Below are positions 1-8,322 of a DNA stretch of 55,575 bases, piece by piece. Numbering within the stretch: position 1 is the first letter of the stretch; the number at the start of each line of letters is the position of its first letter. Location of the stretch: NCBI GenBank assembly GCA_050733535.1, contig JBOHTH010000114.1:1-55575 (forward strand), given 5' to 3'. The stretch comes from Gemmatimonadaceae bacterium (GTDB taxonomy: Bacteria > Gemmatimonadota > Gemmatimonadetes > Gemmatimonadales > Gemmatimonadaceae). A program made the position numbers and the translations under genes. The notes beneath the pieces were generated by a model, which saw only the letters and a list, made by a program, of their open reading frames with translations, searched no databases and had not been told where the DNA came from.

Positions 1-636
1 GTGCCGCTGCTGCACGACTTTGGCAGCGGCCTGATGCTCGACCTCTCGCCGTGGGGACTGACGGGCGAGCCGAGCGCGCGCGACGCAGTCCGGGCCGGTG
101 CGTCGCTCGTGATGATGAGCGGAGACAAGCTCCTCGGCGGTCCGCAGGCCGGGATCATGGTTGGCAGCGCCGCGTTGATCGGCGCGCTGCGCCGCAACCC
201 GCTCGCTCGCGCGCTCCGCGTGGACAAACTCACGCTTGCGGCGCTCGAGGCGACGCTGGCCTTGTATCGCGATCCGGCTCGTGCCGTTTCGGAGATCCCG
301 ACGCTGGCGATGCTCACCGCACCCGTGGCGGCGCTCGATGCGCGCGCCCGCCGCATCGTCGCGGCGCTCACCGCGAACGGCGTGCCCCCGGTGGTCGCGC
401 GCGTCGCGCGCACGAGTGCGACGGTCGGCGGCGGCGCGTTTCCGGGCGCGAGCATTCCCTCGGCCGCGGTGGCGCTCGAGGTGGCGTCACCGGAGTCGCT
501 CGAGGCGAAACTGCGCGGTGGCGCGGTGCCCGTCATCGGACGGATCTCCGACGGGAAGGTCGTGCTCGACCTGCGCAGCGTAGCCATCGGGCTGGACGAC
601 GAGCTCGGCGCGCTCGTCGCGAAGGCGCTCGCGTGA
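1..636 (+). CDS. selA: L-seryl-tRNA(Sec) selenium transferase, C-terminal part (5' end lies outside the window)
   Basis: The ORF is open from base 1. The segment SGDKLLGGPQAGIMVG...RRNPLARALRVDKLTLAALEATL is characteristic of the SelA PLP-enzyme C-terminal region. Confidence 0.75.
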   Translation: MPLLHDFGSGLMLDLSPWGLTGEPSARDAVRAGASLVMMSGDKLLGGPQAGIMVGSAALIGALRRNPLARALRVDKLTLAALEATLALYRDPARAVSEIPTLAMLTAPVAALDARARRIVAALTANGVPPVVARVARTSATVGGGAFPGASIPSAAVALEVASPESLEAKLRGGAVPVIGRISDGKVVLDLRSVAIGLDDELGALVAKALA

Positions 637-734
637 CCGGCGACCCGCTGCACGACCCGGACCTCGGCCACGCGGGCATCGGGCGGTTCACGGGCGAGCA
701 CCAGCGCGTGAGCCTTCGCGCGATCCGGTCCGCG

Positions 735-1262
735 ATGTTCATCGACCGCGACGGCACGCTCATCAGGGATGTCGGCTACATCAAGAATCCGGACGACGTC
801 GAACTCATCCCGCACGCAGCGAACGCGGTGCGGCGGATGAACTACGCGCTGCGGCCGGTGATCGTCGTGACGAACCAGTCCGGGATCGCCCGCGGCATGC
901 TGACGGAGGTCGACTACGAGCGCGTACGCGCACGGGTCGATGACCTGCTGGCCGAGCGCGGCGCATACATCGACGCGCACTACCACTGCCCCCACCACCC
1001 CGACTTCGGCGGCCCGTGCGATTGCCGGAAGCCGCGCCTGGCGCTGTTCGAGCGCGCCATTCACGAGCACGCGATCGACGCGGCGTCGTCGCTGTTCGTC
1101 GGCAACCGCTGGAGCGACGTCGAACCTGCGCTGCACTACGGCGCGCGCGGCGTGCTCGTGCCGAGCGACGAGACGCCGGCCGAAGAGATCGAGCGCGCGC
1201 GGCGCGAAGCCGAAGTCGCCCACACGCTCACGGACGTCGTGCACGTGATTCTCCCGGGATGA
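735..1262 (+). CDS. gmhB: D-glycero-D-manno-heptose 1,7-bisphosphate phosphatase-like HAD phosphatase
   Basis: Has HAD motif I FIDRDGTL, the VVTNQSG motif and the Zn-loop CPHHPDFGGPCDCRKP typical of GmhB. I chose the ATG at 735; an in-frame GTG at 633 overlapping the selA stop is an alternative start. Confidence 0.75.
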   Translation: MFIDRDGTLIRDVGYIKNPDDVELIPHAANAVRRMNYALRPVIVVTNQSGIARGMLTEVDYERVRARVDDLLAERGAYIDAHYHCPHHPDFGGPCDCRKPRLALFERAIHEHAIDAASSLFVGNRWSDVEPALHYGARGVLVPSDETPAEEIERARREAEVAHTLTDVVHVILPG

Positions 1263-1861
1263 CAGCGCGGATCCCGCCGCTTCGCGTGGCTGTCCTCGCA
1301 TCCGGCGGAGGAAGCAACCTGCAGGCGATTCTTGATCACGCGCGGCGCCTCGGCGCCGAGAGTGCAGCCGGTGTCGTGCTGGTGGCAGCCAATCGGGCCA
1401 GTGCCGGTGCGCTCGAGAGGGCGCGCGCGGCCGGCGTCGCGACGGCGATCATTGTGAATCCGGCGGACGGCGCCGCTCTCGTGGGGCTGCTCGAGTCGCA
1501 CCGCGTGGAGTTGGTGGCGCTCGCTGGATACCTGAAGCTGGTGCCGCCGGAGGTCACGGCGCGCTGGCGGGGGCGGATCGTGAACATTCACCCGGCGCTC
1601 CTTCCGAAGTTCGGCGGCGCGGGGATGTACGGACGCCGCGTGCACGAAGCCGTCCTCGCCGCGGGCGAAAGCGAAAGCGGGGCCACCGTGCACCAGGTGG
1701 ACGACGCGTTCGACCGCGGCGCGATCATCGCCCAGGAACGTGTAGCGGTCGAGCCGGGCGACACCCCAGATTCACTCGCCGCGCGGGTCCTCGCCGCCGA
1801 ACACCGTCTGTATCCGCGCACGCTCGACGCACTTGCGCGCCAACTCATCACCTCACGCTGA
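1259..1861 (+). CDS. purN: phosphoribosylglycinamide formyltransferase
   Basis: Contains VAVLASGGGSNLQAI, GYLKLV and NIHPALLPKFGG motifs. The ATG at 1259 forms an ATGA overlap with the gmhB stop. Confidence 0.9.
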   Translation: MTARIPPLRVAVLASGGGSNLQAILDHARRLGAESAAGVVLVAANRASAGALERARAAGVATAIIVNPADGAALVGLLESHRVELVALAGYLKLVPPEVTARWRGRIVNIHPALLPKFGGAGMYGRRVHEAVLAAGESESGATVHQVDDAFDRGAIIAQERVAVEPGDTPDSLAARVLAAEHRLYPRTLDALARQLITSR

Positions 1862-1871
1862 CAGGACCCTC

Positions 1872-3404
1872 GTGCCCCGCGCCCTCCTCTCCGTTTCGGA
1901 CAAGTCCGGCCTCGCCGATTTCGCCGCCGCCCTGCACGCACTCGGGTGGGAACTCCTCTCGACGGGCGGCACGGCGCGCGCGCTGCGTGACGCGGGACTT
2001 CCCTGCACCGATGTCAGCGCCATCACGCAGTTCCCCGAGATGCTCGACGGGCGCGTGAAGACGCTGCACCCGGCGATTCACGGGGGGCTGCTCGCGCGGC
2101 GCGACGTGCCGGCGCACATGGCGGCAATCGCCGAGTACGGCATCGCGCCGATCGACCTGGTGTGCGTGAATCTGTACCCGTTCCGGCGCACCGCACGCAG
2201 CGCCGGCGTCGCGGCGGACGAGGTGATCGAGCAGATCGATATCGGCGGGCCGTCGATGATTCGGTCTGCCGCGAAGAACTTTGCGGCAGTGACGGTGGTG
2301 GTGGACCCCGCGGACTATGGCGAGGTGCTCGCTGCGCTGCGCGGCACGGAGGATTTCACCGAGTTCCGCCGTTCGCTTGCGGAGAAAGTGTTCGCGCACA
2401 CGGCGGCGTACGACGCCGAAATCGCCGCGTGGTTTGCCGCGCAGCGCGGCGAGCGCTTTCCGGAGCGGCTGTCGCTCTCGTTCGAGCGGCAGCAGTCGCT
2501 GCGCTACGGCGAGAATCCCGGCCAGCTCGCCGCGTTTTACGTGGAGGAGCCCGGAGCCGGGCTGTCTTCGCTGACGCAGCACGGCGGCAAGGAACTCTCG
2601 TTCAACAACCTGCTTGACCTGGAGGGCGCGCTGCTCGCCACGGGGCAGTTCGCCGGCGAAACGTGCTGCGCGATCGTGAAGCACACAACTCCCTGCGGGC
2701 TCGCGACCGGCGCGACCGCGGTGGAGGCGTATCGCAAGGCGCTCGCCTGCGACCCGATGAGCGCATTCGGATCGGTGATCGCGTTCACGGTTCCGGTGGA
2801 CGAAGAGGCGGCGCGCGCGGTGGCGTCGCTGTTCGTCGAGTGCGTGGTCGCGCCTTCGTTCAGCGCGGATGCGCTGCGCGTGCTCAGCGAGAAGAAGAAC
2901 CTCCGCGTGCTCGAAGGCGACGCGCGCGAGCGCGTGGGCGCGCTGGACTTCAAGCGGGTGCGCGGCGGCATGCTGGTGCAGGAGCGCGCGAGTGCACCGC
3001 TCGACGAGACGGACTGGCAGGTCGTGTCTGAGCGAGCGCCGACCAAGGAAGAGCGCGCCGACCTGCTGTTCGCATGGCGCACCGTCGCGAGCGTGAAATC
3101 GAATGCGATCGTGCTGACCCGCGACGGCGCGACGATCGGGATCGGCGCGGGCCAGATGTCGCGGGTGGACGCCGCGTTCGTCGCGGTGCACAAGGCGCGC
3201 GGGGCGGGACACGACACAGCGGGCTCGGTGCTCGGGTCGGACGCCTTCTTCCCTTTCCGTGATGGGGTCGATCAGGCGGCGGAGGCGGGAGTGCGCGCGA
3301 TCGTGCAGCCGGGGGGATCAGTGAAGGATGCGGAAGTGATTGCGGCGGCGAACGAGCATGGGATGGCGATGATCTTTACCGGGCGTCGGACGTTCCGGCA
3401 CTAA
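1872..3404 (+). CDS. purH: bifunctional AICAR transformylase / IMP cyclohydrolase
   Basis: Contains [12 protein letters not shown] (MGS-like domain) and a C-terminal AICARFT region ending [10 protein letters not shown] preferred the GTG at 1872, which has AGGA upstream and lies just after the purN stop; a TTG at 1833 is an alternative. Confidence 0.9.
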   Translation: MPRALLSVSDKSGLADFAAALHALGWELLSTGGTARALRDAGLPCTDVSAITQFPEMLDGRVKTLHPAIHGGLLARRDVPAHMAAIAEYGIAPIDLVCVNLYPFRRTARSAGVAADEVIEQIDIGGPSMIRSAAKNFAAVTVVVDPADYGEVLAALRGTEDFTEFRRSLAEKVFAHTAAYDAEIAAWFAAQRGERFPERLSLSFERQQSLRYGENPGQLAAFYVEEPGAGLSSLTQHGGKELSFNNLLDLEGALLATGQFAGETCCAIVKHTTPCGLATGATAVEAYRKALACDPMSAFGSVIAFTVPVDEEAARAVASLFVECVVAPSFSADALRVLSEKKNLRVLEGDARERVGALDFKRVRGGMLVQERASAPLDETDWQVVSERAPTKEERADLLFAWRTVASVKSNAIVLTRDGATIGIGAGQMSRVDAAFVAVHKARGAGHDTAGSVLGSDAFFPFRDGVDQAAEAGVRAIVQPGGSVKDAEVIAAANEHGMAMIFTGRRTFRH

Positions 3405-3424
3405 CGGACGGGATGCACTGCGCC

Positions 3425-3775
3425 CTGCGCACTGCGGACTGCGGAACTCGACGCGCTGCGGGCTGCGGAACTCGACCCGCTGCGGACTGCGGGACTCGAT
3501 TCGCTGCGCACTGCGGGACTCGATTCGCCGCGCACTGCGGAACTCGCCTCACTGCGGTCTGCGGGACTGGTGCCGAGAGCTGAGTTTGAATATGAAATGC
3601 GCGGCCGAGGAGCGAGCGGCATATTTCGCGGCTCATCTCTCGGCCCCGCATGTCTCTATTCATGTCGCCACTCCTGCCCGCATTCCACAGTGGATCGAGT
3701 CCCGAAGTCCGCAGCGGGTCGAGTCCCGCAGTGCGCAGCGGGTCGAGTTCCGCAGCCCGCAGCGGGTTGGAAGCT
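3425..3775. repeat. composite inverted array: about 6 tandem ~24-nt units, a ~115-nt spacer, then about 3.5 units in inverted orientation
   Basis: The left arm (3425-3570) repeats CTGCG(G/C)ACTGCGG(G/A)ACTCGA(C/T)(C/T)CG. The right arm (3686-3775) carries the reverse complement, CGGGTCGAGTCCCGCAGTGCGCAG. The region lies between purH and the DUF2723 gene. Confidence 0.85.
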
Positions 3776-3833
3776 TCCACCCCGCCTCCCACAGAGTGAG
3801 ATTGTAGGGATGCCGGAACTCGCCTAACCTCCC

Positions 3834-6131
3834 ATGAGGCCCATGGCCAAGCCCACTCCCGCTCCTCAGCTCGACTACCGCCCGTCCTACACAGCCGCCG
3901 CCATCGCGGCCGGCCTCGTGTTTGCGCTGTACATCATCACCCTCTCGCCCGAGACGGCGATGTGGGACACGAGTGAGTACATCGCGGCGGCATATACACT
4001 TGGCATTCCGCATCCGCCGGGCAATCCGATGTTCGTGCTCATCGGCCGCGTATTCACGCTTCTGCCGATCGCACCGAACGTCGCCATGCGCGTGAACATT
4101 CTCGCGGCCCTCTCGAGCGCGGTCGCCGCGGGCATGTGGTTTCTCGTCACCGAGCGCGTCCTCGTCGGCTGGTTCAACGAGCGCTGGCAGCGCATCGTCG
4201 GCGGGGCGCTCGCCGCGCTGATCGGGTCGACGGCGTTCACCGTGTGGGCGCAGTCTGTCGTGAATGAGAAGGTCTACACAGTTTCGCTCTGCGGCCTCGC
4301 GATCGCGTCGTGGCTGATCGTACGCTGGTGCGATGAGCCCGACGGCCCGAAGGCGGACAAAACGCTCGTGCTCGTCTCGTACATCGTGGGTCTCGGCTAC
4401 GGCGTCCACATGGCCGGCCTGCTCGTGGCTCCCGCCGTCGTCGTTGCCGTGCTCGTCCGCCGGCCGCGCGTCTACCTCCGCTGGAAAATGTGGGCGGCGT
4501 GCCTCGGCGTCCTCGTCCTCGGCGGCTCCACGTTCGCAACGCAGCCGATTCGCGCCGCGCACTTCCCCGCCGTCAACGAAGGAGAGCCCACCGCGTGCCG
4601 CACCGCACTGCACGTGTCGTGCACGCTCTCCAAGGGCACGTATGACGCGTTCATGTACAACTTCAACCGCGGCCAGTACGGCAAGCCCGAACTCTCCCAG
4701 CGCCAGGCGCCGTTCAGCGCGCAGGTCGGCATGTGGTGGCTGTACTTCAAGTGGCAGTGGATGCGCGACGCACACATCCGGAATCCCGGCCTCCAGGGAA
4801 TGCTGGCGACGGTGTTCCTCGTGCTCGGCCTGATGGGAGGATGGGTTCACTGGCGACGCGATCCTCGAAGTTTTGCGTTCTTCGGGCCGCTGATGCTGAC
4901 GCTCACGCTCATCCTCATTATCTACCTGAACTTCAAGTACGGCGCCTCGCAGAGTCCAGAGCTCGGTGACACCGTCGAGCGCGAAGTCCGCGACCGCGAT
5001 TATTTCTTCCTGTGGAGCTTTTCGGCGTGGAGCGTGTGGGCCGCGCTCGGGTTCACGTACCTGTGGGAATCGCTCGGCGCCGTGCTCGGGCACGAGACGC
5101 AGAAAATCGGCAACGAGGTCGTCGACCTGCCGACCAAGCGCAGCTGGATGCTCACGTCACCGATCCTCCTGCTCGCGGTGGTTCCGCTCTTCACCAACTG
5201 GAAGGCGGCGTCGCGGTCCGGCCAGACGGACACGACGGACTTCGCGATCGACATGCTCAACTCCGTCGAACCGTACGGCGTGCTCGTGACCGTCGGCGAC
5301 AACGACACGTTCCCGCTCTGGTACGCGCAGGAAGTGCTCGGCGTGCGCAAGGACGTGATCGTTGCGAACACGTCGCTCATGAACACCGATTGGTACATGC
5401 GGCAGATGATCCGCCGCCCGACGTACGACTACGATGAGGCGAAGGGACCCGCCGCGTACCGCGGCAAGACGTGGGTGAAGCCGGTCGGCCCGCCGATCAA
5501 GATGACGATGGCCGAGGCCGACTCGATCCCGATCGGGACCGACATGCAGCAGCCGCAGCTGTTCGTGAAGGATCACATCCGCGCTGTCGTCTTTCCGCCG
5601 TCGCATTTCCTCGCGCGCGCGGACTGGTTCGTGCTCAAGATGATCCAGGACGGCGTCCGCACGGTGTACCTGAGCCGCACGTCGGGGGGCTACGCGAACG
5701 ATCTCGGACTCAGCGGCTACATGCTGACGCAGGGCCTCGCCCGGAAGCTCATGCCCGACTCGGTGCGCGCCGGGAAGGACACCGTCTCTGTCCCGGGCGA
5801 GGGGATGATCGACATGCCGCGCTCGCTCGAGCTGTGGAAGGATTTCCGCGCGCCCGCGTCGCTGATCCGGAAGGGCGACTGGGTCGACCGCCCGTCGGTG
5901 GGCATTCCGTATCTCTACGTCGCCACCGGCGTGCTGCTCTCCGAGGGACTGACCGAGCAGGGGAAGGCCGCGGAGGCGACGAGCGTCATGAACGAAGCGA
6001 AAAAGATCGCGAACGCTACACAGTTGCAGGAGTTCTTCTCGCCCGATCAAAGCGCGCCGCCGCCACCGCCTGTTCCGTCGGGTGACTCGGCGAGGAAGAC
6101 AACGGTGCCGCTGAAGAAGCCGGAAGGCTGA
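3834..6131 (+). CDS. DUF2723-type polytopic membrane protein (GT-C-like, TMEM260/PMT-like glycosyltransferase fold)
   Basis: The N-terminal motif WDTSEYIAAAYTLGIPHPPGNPMF, many predicted TM helices and a large C-terminal soluble part are typical of DUF2723 proteins. Confidence 0.65.
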   Translation: MRPMAKPTPAPQLDYRPSYTAAAIAAGLVFALYIITLSPETAMWDTSEYIAAAYTLGIPHPPGNPMFVLIGRVFTLLPIAPNVAMRVNILAALSSAVAAGMWFLVTERVLVGWFNERWQRIVGGALAALIGSTAFTVWAQSVVNEKVYTVSLCGLAIASWLIVRWCDEPDGPKADKTLVLVSYIVGLGYGVHMAGLLVAPAVVVAVLVRRPRVYLRWKMWAACLGVLVLGGSTFATQPIRAAHFPAVNEGEPTACRTALHVSCTLSKGTYDAFMYNFNRGQYGKPELSQRQAPFSAQVGMWWLYFKWQWMRDAHIRNPGLQGMLATVFLVLGLMGGWVHWRRDPRSFAFFGPLMLTLTLILIIYLNFKYGASQSPELGDTVEREVRDRDYFFLWSFSAWSVWAALGFTYLWESLGAVLGHETQKIGNEVVDLPTKRSWMLTSPILLLAVVPLFTNWKAASRSGQTDTTDFAIDMLNSVEPYGVLVTVGDNDTFPLWYAQEVLGVRKDVIVANTSLMNTDWYMRQMIRRPTYDYDEAKGPAAYRGKTWVKPVGPPIKMTMAEADSIPIGTDMQQPQLFVKDHIRAVVFPPSHFLARADWFVLKMIQDGVRTVYLSRTSGGYANDLGLSGYMLTQGLARKLMPDSVRAGKDTVSVPGEGMIDMPRSLELWKDFRAPASLIRKGDWVDRPSVGIPYLYVATGVLLSEGLTEQGKAAEATSVMNEAKKIANATQLQEFFSPDQSAPPPPPVPSGDSARKTTVPLKKPEG

Positions 6132-6148
6132 AGCCGGAAGCCGGAGGG

Positions 6149-6502
6149 CTAGGCTTCGCCGGCGAGAGACTGGAGCCACGGCTTTGCCGTGGCGAACTCG
6201 CGCTGGATGGCTTCCACGCCTTCCAGCGCGAGTTCCCTTTTACCCGCGTGCCCGGCCGCCTCGGTGACGGCGCAGGCCTCGCCAAGGGCGTGCGCGCCCA
6301 GCTGGCGGGCGCTCGACTTGAGGGAATGGGCAATGCTCGCGACTTCCGTGACGTTTCCGAGTTGTGCTTCCTCGACCATTTTTTCGAGACGCTCCTCGGC
6401 GAACTGGAGGAATGTCTGCATCATCATGGCGAGCATCTCGTCGCCGCCCACGCTGCGCAACATGTCGAGCGCGGGCTTGGCGTCCTCGGGAATCTGCGGC
6501 AT
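6149..6502 (-). CDS. stand-alone histidine phosphotransfer (Hpt) domain protein
   Basis: Has the canonical Hpt motif IAHSLKSSARQLGA with the phospho-accepting His in a helical ~115-aa protein. The start is ambiguous: ATG at 6502, 6523 or 6559. Confidence 0.6.
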   Translation of the reverse strand: MPQIPEDAKPALDMLRSVGGDEMLAMMMQTFLQFAEERLEKMVEEAQLGNVTEVASIAHSLKSSARQLGAHALGEACAVTEAAGHAGKRELALEGVEAIQREFATAKPWLQSLAGEA

Positions 6503-6605
6503 ATGCAGTAACTTACGGGGCATGCATATGCGTGCGCCACTTGGCTTTGTGGCGGGCAATGGACCAGTTTGGTGGTACTCGGTGGCTGGGTGAGAAATTG
6601 TAGAT

Positions 6606-6758
6606 CAGGTCAGCTCAAAGGTCGAAGGTCAAGCTCACAGATCATTGCTCGGGAGTGTCGAAGCTCCGCCGTTCAGAGCTTCAAGCGAGCTGATTGCTTT
6701 GAACAGCAGAGCTTTGACACTCCCGACCTGTGAGCACTGAGCTTGACCTGAGAGCTGG
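6606..6758. repeat. long imperfect palindrome (hairpin) built from GCTCA/GCTCACAG-type words
   Basis: The left-arm words TCAGGTCA, GGTCAAGCTCACAG and TCGGGAGTGTCGAAGCTC pair with the right arm GAGCTTTGACACTCCCGA, CTGTGAGC and TGAGCTTGACCTGA. It lies between the Hpt gene and tRNA-Ser. Confidence 0.75.
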
Positions 6759-6782
6759 AAGCCCCAGGGACGGAATTAGTTG

Positions 6783-6867
6783 GGAGGGCTGGCAGAATGG
6801 CTATTGCACCAGTCTTGAAAACTGGCGCGGCGAAAGCCGCTTACAGGTTCGAGTCCTGTGCCCTCCG
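6783..6867 (+). tRNA. tRNA-Ser (anticodon UGA)
   Basis: Manual fold: acceptor GGAGGGC/GCCCTCC, anticodon stem CCAGT/ACTGG with loop CTTGAAA, a long variable arm CGCGGCGAAAGCCGC, T arm ACAGG-TTCGAGT-CCTGT and discriminator G. No CCA is encoded. Confidence 0.9.
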
Positions 6868-6970
6868 TGAAATGTGTTTGTAGTCCGCTGCACCACGTCG
6901 CGCCGCCGCAACGCACCAGAGTGTTGCGGCGGTGCGCCAGCGAACCAACTCGGTGCGCACACCATACAGT

Positions 6971-7636
6971 TCACGGCGCGACGTTGACGGTGAGGCCGTT
7001 CGACGACACGCCGCCGGCGAGTGCCTGAATCTCGGTCGTCCCAACCAGGCCGGCCGTGATCAGACCGCTGCTCGAAACCGAAGCGGCACCGGTATTGGTC
7101 GATGCCCACGAGAACGTCACGCCGCCCAAGACGTTTCCTGCCGCGTCCCTCGCGACGGCCTGCGCTTGCATCGTGGAAAGCGACGTCATCGAAGACGAAG
7201 GGGCGGTCACGGTGATCGTCGCGACCGGCGCTGCGACGACTGAAAGCGCAAATGCGCTCGACGTGACGGCGTCCACTGCTGCTGTGATGTTCGCGTTGCC
7301 CGGGCCCACGCCGGTCACCATTCCGACGGCGTCGACCGTGGCGACGGAGGGATCGCTCGAGGTCCAGGCGAACGCCGCCTCACTGAGCGTGTCGCCCGCC
7401 GCGTCGAGTGCCACGGCCCGCAGGGGCAACGAGCCTGCCATCTCAACCTCAGCGGCGTCGGCGCTCACCACGATGCGTGAAAGCGTTCCCGGCGTGCCTG
7501 ATGTGCCCGTCGTTCCTGTTGTGTCCGTGGCGCCCGGTGTGCTCGGTGTGCCGGCGTCCGTCGGTCCGACGATCTTGGCGCCACCCGCCGCGCACCCCGC
7601 GAGGAGAAGCAGCACGACGACGGCGCCGGGCGGCAC
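6971..7636 (-). CDS. lipoprotein with two bacterial Ig-like (Big_2) domains
   Basis: Has a lipobox LLLLAGC after an in-frame GTG at 7636, a T/G/P-rich linker, then two repeats of the pattern L.A.A.DAAGN.L....F.W.SS....A.V...G.VT..G.G.A.ITA. The 313-aa track ORF extends upstream with no better start. Confidence 0.6.
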   Translation of the reverse strand: MPPGAVVVLLLLAGCAAGGAKIVGPTDAGTPSTPGATDTTGTTGTSGTPGTLSRIVVSADAAEVEMAGSLPLRAVALDAAGDTLSEAAFAWTSSDPSVATVDAVGMVTGVGPGNANITAAVDAVTSSAFALSVVAAPVATITVTAPSSSMTSLSTMQAQAVARDAAGNVLGGVTFSWASTNTGAASVSSSGLITAGLVGTTEIQALAGGVSSNGLTVNVAP

Positions 7637-7733
7637 GCGTTTCGCATGAGCAAAGGGCTTGATGTTGGTGGTAGAGTTCGTCTTCACGATGCTGTCTCCC
7701 GCGTCGACGTTCAACGCTCTCTGGAGGGAAACG

Positions 7734-8312
7734 ATGTCGTACACACGTCGAGCATGTGTCGCTGCGATCGGCCTGATCCTCTTCTGCACCGCGACCGCCG
7801 CGGCACAGTCCGCACAAGCCGTTTCATTGCAAGTCTCGGGCCTTGCTGGCGCAATCACGTTCAGGGATACGCTGCAGTTCGGAACCGGTGTCGAGGCACA
7901 GCTTCGGTTCAATCACGTGCTGGCGTCAGACGGAGGCGTACTTTCCATCGGAGTGGGTGCTCAATACACGCATCACTCGTTTGCCGAGGGCCAGAACTTC
8001 GATGTGGACGGCGCGTTCGTCGAACCCCGCTACGCGTTCGCGCTGTCGAGCGAACGATTGTTCCCGTACATCTCGGCGCGCTTCGCCATGCTGCGACAGT
8101 CGAGCAATGTCGTCGACGCCAGTTACGGCTACGCGGCCGGGGGAGGCGTTGGGATCGGCTATGCACTCGGCCGCAACCTGAACCTCGACATCGGCGCCGC
8201 AGTGCTTGTGCAACAGTTCGGGCACACGCGGATCACCGCGAGCAGCCAACCGTACGCCTTCGGCACGATGCCCGGCTACGCGCTCAAAATCGGCCTCAGC
8301 CTGGGCCTCTGA
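7734..8312 (+). CDS. small outer-membrane beta-barrel protein (OmpW/OmpA-barrel-like)
   Basis: GGAGGGAA sits 4 nt upstream of the ATG at 7734. The signal peptide ends TAAAQ. The sequence has alternating hydrophobic strands and ends in a C-terminal beta-signal-like stretch, YALKIGLSLGL. Confidence 0.55.
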   Translation: MSYTRRACVAAIGLILFCTATAAAQSAQAVSLQVSGLAGAITFRDTLQFGTGVEAQLRFNHVLASDGGVLSIGVGAQYTHHSFAEGQNFDVDGAFVEPRYAFALSSERLFPYISARFAMLRQSSNVVDASYGYAAGGGVGIGYALGRNLNLDIGAAVLVQQFGHTRITASSQPYAFGTMPGYALKIGLSLGL

Positions 8313-8322
8313 GGTTTGCCGC

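Noticed and set aside
1848-3212. A 454-aa minus-strand ORF.
   Set aside because: It is antisense to purH, whose plus-strand translation matches conserved PurH motifs along its whole length.
3425-3775. Possible CRISPR array, because of regularly spaced ~24-nt repeats.
   Set aside because: The repeats are directly adjacent, with no unique spacers between them. The two halves are inverted relative to each other. No cas genes are present in the window.
3660-5093. A 477-aa minus-strand ORF.
   Set aside because: It is antisense to the DUF2723 membrane protein gene. Its composition is dominated by Arg, Glu, Asp and Ala and it has no motifs.
6783-6867. Possible tRNA-Sec (selC), given the long variable arm and selA in the window.
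   Set aside because: The anticodon loop is CTTGAAA, giving anticodon UGA (Ser) and not UCA. The acceptor stem is 7 bp with an ordinary Ser-type D arm.
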